From an uncultured Candidatus Bathyarchaeia archaeon (GTDB lineage Archaea > Thermoproteota > Bathyarchaeia > Bathyarchaeales > WUQV01), in contig CAYOFB010000001.1 of assembly GCA_964403145.1 (NCBI GenBank), forward strand, positions 1-40,473: a stretch of DNA of 40,473 nt, given 5' to 3'. Position 1 is the first letter of the stretch. Each line of letters begins with the position of its first letter. A program made the position numbers and the translations under genes. Shown here in pieces: positions 16,303 to 24,949 of the stretch. The notes beneath the pieces are model-generated. The model was not told where the DNA came from and searched no databases. It worked only from the letters and a program-made list of their open reading frames with translations.

Positions 16303-18750
16303 TTAATAAGTGACTAACTCCATTTTTCTCCTTAAAATAACTTTTCTTCTCCCTTTAGAAATTATGTCCACTAAGCCCTTACATTTTAAAGATTTTAGAA
16401 CGCTATATGTTGTGCTCCACCCATATCCACTCAACTCCTTTAATTGTTTGATCGTCGGTTCCTTTACACTCTCAATTATCCTCAGTATTTTCTTCTCTTT
16501 CTCCGTTAATCTCCAAATGTATTCTCCGAAGTTAATGAAGTAAGGCTTTGCGTCATTGTATTCATGGAAAAAGAATAGGGCTATGCCCGTTGGAAGTCTA
16601 TTCATAATTTTGGCGTATTCTGTTCCGTAGCTTTGGGCTATTCTCCTCAAATCTGGCTCATATCCGGTTCTGAAGTGAAACCTTAGATTTACAAAACCTC
16701 TGATTAAGCCTATGTCTGGAATTGTGTGCGAGATTAATATGAAGCCAACTCCGTACTTCCTGAGTTCTCTCATGCACCTCTCCAAAATCGAATTTACTTT
16801 TGGGATCAGCCTGTGAAATTCCTCCATAACAATAAGAAACTTCAGCCTCTGACCCAACTTTTTCGGTATTTTTTCATAGATGCTCTCCAGAAAGCTGGCA
16901 GCAGCTTCTCCCTTCTTATCCTCGCTAATATCCCCAAGATCAAGGATCTTAATTCCCTTTCCTAAGTCATCCACATTCTGTATCCCTACAATGACTTCCC
17001 CCTCAACAATGTTTTTCCAAGCTCCCGTAGGATCTATCACAATGATACTTGCTTTTTCCTTCAGTTTTTCAACAATTATCCTAGCGGCTGTCGTCTTTCC
17101 AGAGCCTATTACTCCGGTTATCAATGCGTTCAGAACCAGCTTATCCTTTTCCAGATAGGCTGGAATGTCGAGCTTTCTGAAGTTCGAGCCCACAACACTG
17201 CCTATCAGAATACCTTCGCGGGGAATTTTGTCCTTTGAAGGGGCTGGCACCGGAATAAGCTCTTTCATCATGCCAAAATGTTTGTATATCCTATCAAGCA
17301 GGCTTTTTATGGCTCTGGCGGGCGCATGCGATGCTTGAATTGTAGAGCCTTCAATCTTGAAGCTCTCGCCCAATCTCGGTACATATAGCTGCTCTGCGGT
17401 TTCGATAAGAGGTTGGATTTTCGGATGCTCCTCAGCATAGCTGAGCATTGCATTCGGATTATCCAAGCCCGTGATCTCGCTCAGAACTGATATCGCTGGA
17501 TAAGGGAGATCTTCGAGAAGTAAATGATGCTTCTGCGCGGCCCTCGGCTTTATGGCCTTCGCCTCAGTTTCAAGATCCATCAGAACAAATTTAATTGCTT
17601 CCGGCAGATCATCTTTCCTGACTACGTAGGTTGTCGACTTCACTGAGAGTATGAATGCGATGGCAACTCCTTTCTCGTACCATCCTTTGATTATGGAACT
17701 CTCCGATTCGTACTCTTTCTTTAGCTCCTTGTATCTCCTTTCGAGTTCTTTGAGCTTCTGTTTCCTCTCCTTCATAAACCGACTAATATCTCTCCTTTCA
17801 AACGGATTGTATGCGTAAATCAATCCTATCTGCAAGTGCCTCAGCCTCTTCCTCTCCTCATCCATTTCCCTGCTCGTCTTTTCGAGTTCATATACTGTCG
17901 CTTTCCTGTGATAGGGAACCATGTTCGGCGTTATCCTGTTAACGAAAACCACCTGAAGCCTGAATTCCTTCACAGCATTCTTCAAATAATCATAGAAGGC
18001 GCCGACGTCCTCTATATCAGACTTAAAATCCTCAATATCAGTAACGAAAAAGTGCTTGCTCCCCTTAACCGCATAAAAGTTCTCATCAAGAATTACAACC
18101 TCAACAATTGATCTGCTCTCAGAATGCCAGAAAAGGAACGAACACAAACTGTCGAGGCTAAAGCTTCCAAAGGGAATCAAACCAAGCTTGCTGGTCACCT
18201 TAAGCAAATCTTTTGGTGGATCCATGTAATTTGAAATACTTTCAGCTGTATTTCTTTCAAACTTCCTTGGATCCCCGAACACCTTCTTAATAAAGGACTC
18301 GTTTCTCTCCTTTTCCAGCCTTTCGAGATATTTTACATCATCCAGCTCCTTTAAATTCCAGTAGACCGATTTTGGAAGGATGACATAGCCATACTTGCTC
18401 AAAACTGATCTGAGAATAGGAATGGTGGAGTAATTAATCTCGATTGTTTCCACCAGATCCTTAACTGCAGCTTCTCCTCTTGATCTAACTTCCCCAATGA
18501 ATAGATTTTGAAGCTGAGGGTTCAGGAAGTCTCTATAGGACTGCTCATGCAATAGAGATTTCAAAATAAGCTTTTTCTCAGCTGCTTCCTCTTCCTTTAA
18601 AACATGAAAACCTGCTCCTTTAATTTTCTCAATAATCTTCCCGATGAGTCTCTGATCTAGATTTACGGTTCCAAGTAGAGCTGCAACTTCTTTCGGGCTG
18701 GATTTCCTAAGCTTTCTAATGAACATCCTTGAAAAAAGCTTTCCAAGCAT
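16303..18750 (-). CDS. HerA/FtsK-like (DUF87-type) P-loop ATPase with a roughly 500-aa unknown N-terminal region and a C-terminal winged helix
   Basis: 815 aa. Walker A LITGVIGSGKTT, Walker B LKFLIVMEEFHRL, and a C-terminal wHTH-like ILRIIESVKEPTIKQLKELSGYGWSTTYSVLKSLKCKGLV. I recognise no motif in the N-terminal 500 aa. Confidence 0.7.
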   Translation of the reverse strand: MLGKLFSRMFIRKLRKSSPKEVAALLGTVNLDQRLIGKIIEKIKGAGFHVLKEEEAAEKKLILKSLLHEQSYRDFLNPQLQNLFIGEVRSRGEAAVKDLVETIEINYSTIPILRSVLSKYGYVILPKSVYWNLKELDDVKYLERLEKERNESFIKKVFGDPRKFERNTAESISNYMDPPKDLLKVTSKLGLIPFGSFSLDSLCSFLFWHSESRSIVEVVILDENFYAVKGSKHFFVTDIEDFKSDIEDVGAFYDYLKNAVKEFRLQVVFVNRITPNMVPYHRKATVYELEKTSREMDEERKRLRHLQIGLIYAYNPFERRDISRFMKERKQKLKELERRYKELKKEYESESSIIKGWYEKGVAIAFILSVKSTTYVVRKDDLPEAIKFVLMDLETEAKAIKPRAAQKHHLLLEDLPYPAISVLSEITGLDNPNAMLSYAEEHPKIQPLIETAEQLYVPRLGESFKIEGSTIQASHAPARAIKSLLDRIYKHFGMMKELIPVPAPSKDKIPREGILIGSVVGSNFRKLDIPAYLEKDKLVLNALITGVIGSGKTTAARIIVEKLKEKASIIVIDPTGAWKNIVEGEVIVGIQNVDDLGKGIKILDLGDISEDKKGEAAASFLESIYEKIPKKLGQRLKFLIVMEEFHRLIPKVNSILERCMRELRKYGVGFILISHTIPDIGLIRGFVNLRFHFRTGYEPDLRRIAQSYGTEYAKIMNRLPTGIALFFFHEYNDAKPYFINFGEYIWRLTEKEKKILRIIESVKEPTIKQLKELSGYGWSTTYSVLKSLKCKGLVDIISKGRRKVILRRKMELVTY

Positions 18751-18868
18751 GAATTTGCGAAAGCAAATCTATGGCAAAAATGATTGGGTGATATTTGGAG
18801 GGTACCCATTATGAGAGGTAATTTATTAAATCGGTAGGAGTTTAAACATTTAAATTAGGTGGGCCAGA

Positions 18869-20494
18869 ATGGCGAAGCCGGGTATCAGCCAGGAACCGAT
18901 TGGTAGACTTGTGGAAGGAGTTGTGAGTGGAAAATACGACATCCCGGAATTTCAAAGGGAGTTTGTTTGGACAAAGAACCAAGTTGCCAATCTCCTTGAT
19001 TCGCTGATAAGGGGATACCCAATAGGATCGATTTTGATATGGGACCTAAGTGACTACACTCAAGGTAAGCATGTGTATGAAAACAAACCGAAGGAATGGA
19101 TTGTCGACGGCCAACAAAGACTGGTTGCGCTGTGTATTCTAAATCTGAAGAAGCCATATTGGCTGGAGATCGATAAATGGCAAAGGTATCTGGAAAAGTA
19201 CAAAATAAAGGTAAACATACTAACTCTGGAAGTTTCACTCGAGTATTCGGCCATAAGAAAGAATCCAGAGTGGGTTTACCCCTACGAGATTTTCAACGCA
19301 AATGACCTGAGAACGTTCGCGGAGCGATTGGCAACGGAGATGAATAGACCAGACCTGTTTACGATAATATACGATAATGCAAAGAAGATACGTGACATCC
19401 TTGAGATCGATGTTCCAATTATTAAAGTAAATCACTCATTAGAGAACATAGCAACGATTTTTGAAAGAATTAATAGTGCAGGTACGCGAATTAAGCAAGC
19501 AGATATAACCCTAGGATACATCGCAGCATACAACAAAGGTTGGGTTAGAGACAAGTTCATGGCTTATGTCGAAGACCTAGATGAGGAGGGATTCTACTTT
19601 GAACCAACGCTTTTAATAAGAGCTATCACCGCGGTCGGGGAGGACAAGGCAGTATTGAGAGAGGTGAGCGAAAGCTTTCTAAGGAACGAGAATAATTCGC
19701 TTGAGCAAGCATTTGAAAGATTTAAACATTGTTTGAACAGGTTGATACGTGAATTCAGAAATGTCGGAATCCTTACCTCTAAATTGATCTACGCAAAAAA
19801 TACAATCATTCCAATGATTTACCTTTACAATACATTCGAGGATGAATTTGAGTTTGGTAAGGCTTTCTTCTTTTTCTTGGCAGCTCTTTGGAGAGGCAGG
19901 TATAGCGGGGCATCAGAGACAACGTTGCAGGAAGATATAAACAAAATAAAGAATGCTGCGAGCTTCGAAGATGCGATAAAGAATTTGGTATATCCTCTTG
20001 GGATGAACAAGGTTGATAAGGAAACTGTTAGAAACGCAACGCACTACCAAGGTGAAGGGAGGTTCCTTAAGTTGATGCTTTATTTGATAGCATACCAAAA
20101 TGGGGCAGTTGACTGGTTTACGAAGGATAGGTTAGGTTATACGAGACATAATGAAATTAACAAAGAATTCAATTTTGAAGAACACCATTTCTTCCCGCGA
20201 AGCCTGCTTAAGGGGGTAGGGTTCGAAAGAGATGAATGGAACTTGTTAGCAAATATAGCTTTCATCAATCCGGGGACAAACAAAAGGCTTAGGGACCAGC
20301 CCTACACTTACATCAAAAAGTATGGGATAGAAACAACTGAGTTGGAAAAACAACTGATTCCGTTGGATGAAGATCTGTGGAAACTGGAAAACTACAGGAA
20401 GTTTATAGATGTACGATCTCAGTTAATTGCGGATGGCATTAACCAATTCCTTGAATCTCTATACCCATCACTTTTCAATGAACTGTGCAAATAA
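18869..20494 (+). CDS. DUF262/DUF1524 (GmrSD-family) putative modification-dependent type IV restriction enzyme
   Basis: 541 aa. N-terminal YDIPEFQREFVW and VDGQQRL (DUF262 ParB-like NTPase domain). C-terminal EEHHFFPRS...LLANIAFINPGTNKR (DUF1524 His-Me finger). Confidence 0.8.
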   Translation: MAKPGISQEPIGRLVEGVVSGKYDIPEFQREFVWTKNQVANLLDSLIRGYPIGSILIWDLSDYTQGKHVYENKPKEWIVDGQQRLVALCILNLKKPYWLEIDKWQRYLEKYKIKVNILTLEVSLEYSAIRKNPEWVYPYEIFNANDLRTFAERLATEMNRPDLFTIIYDNAKKIRDILEIDVPIIKVNHSLENIATIFERINSAGTRIKQADITLGYIAAYNKGWVRDKFMAYVEDLDEEGFYFEPTLLIRAITAVGEDKAVLREVSESFLRNENNSLEQAFERFKHCLNRLIREFRNVGILTSKLIYAKNTIIPMIYLYNTFEDEFEFGKAFFFFLAALWRGRYSGASETTLQEDINKIKNAASFEDAIKNLVYPLGMNKVDKETVRNATHYQGEGRFLKLMLYLIAYQNGAVDWFTKDRLGYTRHNEINKEFNFEEHHFFPRSLLKGVGFERDEWNLLANIAFINPGTNKRLRDQPYTYIKKYGIETTELEKQLIPLDEDLWKLENYRKFIDVRSQLIADGINQFLESLYPSLFNELCK

Positions 20495-20498
20495 GCAT

Positions 20499-20750
20499 TT
20501 ACGATATGAGCCTCTCAACTTTTGCTCTCCTGTAAGCTGAGGCAAATAAGCATATGAGTAGGAATATTTCGATTGGCCTTTGGAGGATTGCAATAAGGAT
20601 AAAGAACAATGTTAGGGGCTTTGATGGATAACTCGTTATCCAGTCTCCAAGATCCGCAAGTAATTTGAAAACAGCCATCGATGCTACAGAAATGAAACCG
20701 GAAATTATATGGAACATCTTATCACCCCGGAGAGCAGATAACCTAAGCAT
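20499..20750 (-). CDS. small membrane protein (2-3 TM), unknown
   Basis: 83 aa (or 72 aa from ATG 20717, which is preceded by GGTGAT). Hydrophobic segments IISGFISVASMAVFKLL and LTLFFILIAIL..IFLLICLFASA. Overlaps the upstream small ORF by 8 nt. Confidence 0.45.
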   Translation of the reverse strand: MLRLSALRGDKMFHIISGFISVASMAVFKLLADLGDWITSYPSKPLTLFFILIAILQRPIEIFLLICLFASAYRRAKVERLIS

Positions 20751-20949
20751 TATTTTCCTCTGCCTTTCTTTGCCTCAAAATTCCAACTATCTTTGAAATC
20801 TTCTCCTTGATTTTATCAACTTTCTTTTCCTTTTCTTCAGTAGTTATCGTGAAGATCCTGGTTTCTGTCTTTATTGTTGTTATCCCTCCCCTCAGATAAT
20901 TCTTTGTTTCAACAATCTCCTTACTCCAGATCTTAATCATGATAACCAC
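20743..20949 (-). CDS. small charged protein, unknown
   Basis: 68 aa. Beta-rich N-terminal half and a K/E-rich helical tail. Coupled to the downstream membrane ORF. Confidence 0.4.
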   Translation of the reverse strand: MVIMIKIWSKEIVETKNYLRGGITTIKTETRIFTITTEEKEKKVDKIKEKISKIVGILRQRKAEENNA

Positions 20950-21095
20950 CGCTATTTTTGAGAAATTGGCTGAATAAATCCATTAGAGTGTTATTTTGAG
21001 TGATTTCAGAAAAGTACTGTAGGTTATTTATGCAGTGGAATTTTCGGCATAGTAAACGCGCTATGAATTAAAAGCCAGACTAAAAGTTGGTCAAC

Positions 21096-21350
21096 ATGGA
21101 GCAGAAATCATTGCTCGCGTGGGAAGTTCGTATAATTAAGCGTGGAAAGTGTTGTAGAGCTATAATTATCCCAAAGCCTATATGGCTGGCTTATAATCTG
21201 GAGATAGGAGACATTGTTAGAATTGATCTTAAAACTGATCATACCCTTGTGATCGATCTTAAGAGTGTCAAGAGAAGGAATCCATTAGCCAATGTAGACC
21301 TCGACAAAATTTTTCAAGGAGATAAAAATGCAAGAAGAAAGAGAAAATAA
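21096..21350 (+). CDS. AbrB/SpoVT-fold small DNA-binding protein
   Basis: From ATG 21096: MEQKSLLAWEVRIIKRGKCCRAIIIPKPIWLAYNLEIGDIVRIDLKTDHTLVIDL. The xxIPKxxxxxxxLxxGDxV pattern is AbrB-like. The track ORF starts 3 codons earlier at TTG 21087. Confidence 0.55.
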   Translation: MEQKSLLAWEVRIIKRGKCCRAIIIPKPIWLAYNLEIGDIVRIDLKTDHTLVIDLKSVKRRNPLANVDLDKIFQGDKNARRKRK

Positions 21351-21614
21351 GATATCAGATGAAGTTATGAAATATCTTCCAAAGTGGCAGCAATGGTTAT
21401 GGAAAATTTTGAAAGAAATCAAGAATTCAAGAGAAAGATCATCTAAAGAATTTTCTAATGGATGTTAAGAAGAATAGGCTGTTTAGAGTGATATTCTTAG
21501 TGCACCCATTTTTAAATGAAGGGACTTCAACATTTTGATATGGAGACGGCGGGGGCATTGAACATTTTGTTGGAAACCCAAACGTTTATAAATAAAGCTT
21601 GATTTAGCTTTTTC

Positions 21615-22814
21615 ATGGATGATTTTGGCAGTATTTACAAAAGCGGAATGAATTATGAATCTGCTTTGAAAAGAATTCTAAATTGCAAAGATATTTGTCA
21701 ATGGAATAAGAAGAAGATTAAAGAGTTTTCCGAGTATTTGCTTGCTGAGGGTTTGACAAAAACCAGAGTGGAATTTTATCTTAGGCGTTTGTACAAAATT
21801 GCTAAGTTCTTCGGTAAGAAGAAGTTTGAAAGGGCGAGAAAAGAGGATATCATTAAATTTCTCTCTAAAATAGAAAAGAAAAACTATTCTGAGTGGACGA
21901 AGCATGGATTTAAGGTTACATTGAAGAAATTTTTCAGATGGCTTCGGGGAACTGAGGAATATCCTGAAGAGGTTAAGTGGATAAAGACCACAGTTAAAAA
22001 TAGTAAGAAAAAGTTACCTGACGAACTCTTGACGGAAGAGGAAGTGAGGAAAGTAGCTGAAGCTACGACTCATCCGAGAGATAGGGCTTTTGTCTTAGTT
22101 CTTTACGAAAGTGGCTGTAGAATTGGCGAATTACTCTCTTTAAGATTAAAAAATGTTCAGTTCGATAAATATGGTGCAGTTTTGCTTGTAAATGGAAAAA
22201 CAGGGAAGAGAAGAGTTAGAATAATAGCATCAGCTTCGGATTTAACGGCTTGGATAAATAATCATCCGTTAAAAGATAATCCCGACGCACCGCTATGGGT
22301 ACAGAAGAAGAAGAAAGGAAAAAATGGGTTTGAGCCATTGCATTATGAGGCAGCCAGACTACTCCTAAAAAGACTTTTTGAAAAAGCTGGAGTTAAGAAG
22401 AGATTTAACCCTCACATCTTTAGGCATAGTAGAGCAACACATCTAGCAAAATTTCTTACTGAGGCTCAAATGAAAGAGTATTTTGGATGGGTTCAAGATT
22501 CCAGAATGGCAGCAGTATACGTTCATCTCTCAGGAAGGGATGTAGATTCAGCATTACTAAAATTACATGGCTTTGAAACTGAGGAAAGGAAAGAGGAGAA
22601 ATTTAAGGCCAAAATATGCCCAAGATGTAAAGAGAAAAATTCGCCATTAGCAAAGTTTTGTAGCAAATGCGGATTTGCATTAGATATTAAGCTTGCAATA
22701 GAATTAGACAGAAGAAGAGCTCAGCTTGACAAGCTAATGGATACGATAATAAGCGATCCTGATATTCAAAAGGCGATCATCAGTAAACTTTTGAGAGAAT
22801 TATCGAAAACTTAA
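21615..22814 (+). mobile_element. tyrosine recombinase / phage-type integrase with a C-terminal zinc ribbon
   Basis: 399 aa. Catalytic signature ESGCRIGELLSL (Arg), HIFRHSRATHLA (HxxR), AAVYVHLS (Tyr), plus an N-terminal SAM-like core-binding domain and a C-terminal CPRCKEKNSPLAKFCSKCG. Confidence 0.85.
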
Positions 22815-22907
22815 GGGGGATAAAAAGGGATTGCTTATATAGTAGGCTATTCATACAAACAAAAATAGATTTCACCAGATATTCGAGAATTCGAATTGCA
22901 AAGAACA

Positions 22908-24659
22908 TCACAATTCCTCTAAGTTTTCGAGTAACTCTTTAGGTTCTTTCCAATTTGGCGCAAGGTCTCTGGCTTTCGTAGCGCTCCGACGTATCACTCT
23001 TACCAATTTCTGCCTCTCGGTGCTTGTGAGCTCTCTAGATGCTTCCGCTTTAAGAAAATAATGATATGCATACAGCGCTTTTACGTAGTGAAAAGTTGCT
23101 TCGTTAGGATTAAGTCTGATGCATTTGTCAAGGATTTTTATAGCATCTTTTTCTTTTCCTTCCATGTGGAAATCTGATGCTACACCGTAGAAATAAGCTG
23201 CTTTCAAGGTGTTATCTTGAAGTTTGCTAAAATACTTTTTTGTATATTGTTTTCCCTTTAACACTTCCAAGATTTTTCTTCCATAATTTATCAGCTCTGA
23301 AAAAACTTCAAAATCCGTAAATGAGGGTGTTTTTATCCATTCTTGTCCCATAAATTTTAAAGGAGGATACTTATGTTCCGCCCGTATTCTTCCTTTCCAT
23401 CTAGATGCCTCGTTAATTATTTCTTTAGCAACCTTCTCTGCCAGTTTGGCGTCCTCAGGTTTTCTCCGTTTTAGGAGTAGAGTAGACGCGTAGTAACACA
23501 GTTCACAAAAATACACAGCTTTTTTTGGATGGTCTATTTTTCCTTTCATTTCATCAATTTCTTGGAGAATTTCACTAATGACAACCTCTAGTTGTCCGGG
23601 CACCTTTGAAAGCTCGATAAGACTTCTAAGCCTACCTCTGCATTCTTTAAAGTATTCTGCCAAGCGGTCATAATAAGCAAACAGTAGCTTAAGTTGCTTA
23701 TATGCTGCCTTATTAATGGAGGCCAATAGTTCCATAATTTCAGTTAGTGCGTCCTCGAGAGATATTCTTTCAGCTGGATCTGGTTCTAACATCTTTTTGA
23801 CTAGCGACTCCAATTTCTTCTCGAATTCGCTATTGCCTATTTTCACTATTTTATCTTTATTGCATGCCCATTTTCTCCAAGGTTTCTCATGCTTGTACTT
23901 CCTAGGATATCCTTTCTTCGGATCAGGCCAGATGTTACTCGTCCTTTCACCAATGGGATGGATTCCCGTTACAAGTTCGTACAAGATAACGCCTGCGGCA
24001 AAAACGTCAACCTTAGAAAAATCGGTTCCTTGCGTAAATTGTTCCGGTGCCATGTAAGGTCGGCTACCATATGGTCTTCCGATCTCTCTCCAAGCATTAG
24101 CATTGCCGAAATCTGCTAACTGTATTTTGTATCTAAACCAAGGCATATTTCTGGGAGGAAAATCAGCAAATTTTTCGCGAAGATCTTTAAGAAGAATATT
24201 TTCAGGCTTAAGATCTTGATGAGACTCAATTCCAACCTTTTTAGCATAAGTTAATGCTTTCAGTAGTTGGGCAATAAGTATGAGACTTTCAGTTATGTCA
24301 AGTTTTTGACGTTTTTCAAGATATGTTCGCAGATCTAGCTCGCAAAAGGGCATGCAAATGAGTGGCCTTCTCTTATAAAGGGTTATGTAGTGAGGAGACA
24401 GAATTAACGGGTGACCTTTAACTTTAAACCATTGACGCATTTCATGAACAAACTTCCGAATTTTATCTTTTTCAATTCCTTTAAGAGCCTCATCTTTTAT
24501 TGTCTTGTAGGCTACATACTCTGGCATGCCTTGCTGTCTCACAATATATACGATTCCTAGAGTGCCTTCTTTTTTCTCGACTATTTCTCCTCTTAGAGAA
24601 AATCCCAGAAGGATTTCATCTATTTTCTCCTTATCGACCATTTTCGCTACCTTTACCAC
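22908..24659 (-). CDS. Hanks-type Ser/Thr protein kinase (non-RD) with a C-terminal TPR-like helical-repeat domain
   Basis: 583 aa (GTG 24659, or ATG 24641). VAYKTIK (VAIK Lys), SHQDLKPENILL (catalytic loop with HQD instead of HRD), LADFGNA (DFG), YMAPEQ (APE), DVFAAGVILYELVTG and DPAERIS. The last roughly 280 aa are helical-repeat-like. Confidence 0.8.
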   Translation of the reverse strand: MVKVAKMVDKEKIDEILLGFSLRGEIVEKKEGTLGIVYIVRQQGMPEYVAYKTIKDEALKGIEKDKIRKFVHEMRQWFKVKGHPLILSPHYITLYKRRPLICMPFCELDLRTYLEKRQKLDITESLILIAQLLKALTYAKKVGIESHQDLKPENILLKDLREKFADFPPRNMPWFRYKIQLADFGNANAWREIGRPYGSRPYMAPEQFTQGTDFSKVDVFAAGVILYELVTGIHPIGERTSNIWPDPKKGYPRKYKHEKPWRKWACNKDKIVKIGNSEFEKKLESLVKKMLEPDPAERISLEDALTEIMELLASINKAAYKQLKLLFAYYDRLAEYFKECRGRLRSLIELSKVPGQLEVVISEILQEIDEMKGKIDHPKKAVYFCELCYYASTLLLKRRKPEDAKLAEKVAKEIINEASRWKGRIRAEHKYPPLKFMGQEWIKTPSFTDFEVFSELINYGRKILEVLKGKQYTKKYFSKLQDNTLKAAYFYGVASDFHMEGKEKDAIKILDKCIRLNPNEATFHYVKALYAYHYFLKAEASRELTSTERQKLVRVIRRSATKARDLAPNWKEPKELLENLEEL

Positions 24660-24699
24660 CTTTGGTAGGGTACCGAAATAAGATTTTATGGTAGCTACC

Positions 24700-24903
24700 T
24701 TACATATCTAATCTCAAGCTATTCCTAGCGGAAAATCTCTTTGCTCTTTTCTTTTCAAGCAAATCTTTCTTGCGTGTTCCTCGCATATAGGTTACTTTGT
24801 CTCCTCTTTTCTCTGGAGGAATAAAATATTCAGCTTTCCTTCTACAATATGCACATTCTGCAATTCTTAAAATAAACCAATTAATTAAAACTTTTTGATT
24901 CAT
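24700..24903 (-). CDS. small basic protein, unknown (weakly supported)
   Basis: 67-aa ORF ending 40 nt upstream of the kinase start on the same strand. Very basic, one CxxC pair. Confidence 0.25.
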   Translation of the reverse strand: MNQKVLINWFILRIAECAYCRRKAEYFIPPEKRGDKVTYMRGTRKKDLLEKKRAKRFSARNSLRLDM

Positions 24904-24949
24904 CTGAGTTCGCGAAAGTTTATAAGTTGACTCACTTGAATCTATTAAT

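Noticed and set aside
18753-18768. A 6-4-6 hairpin (ATTTGC-GAAA-GCAAAT) next to the start of the 815-aa ATPase gene
   Set aside because: The arms are too short to distinguish from chance in AT-rich sequence. I kept it only as a note, not as a regulatory call.
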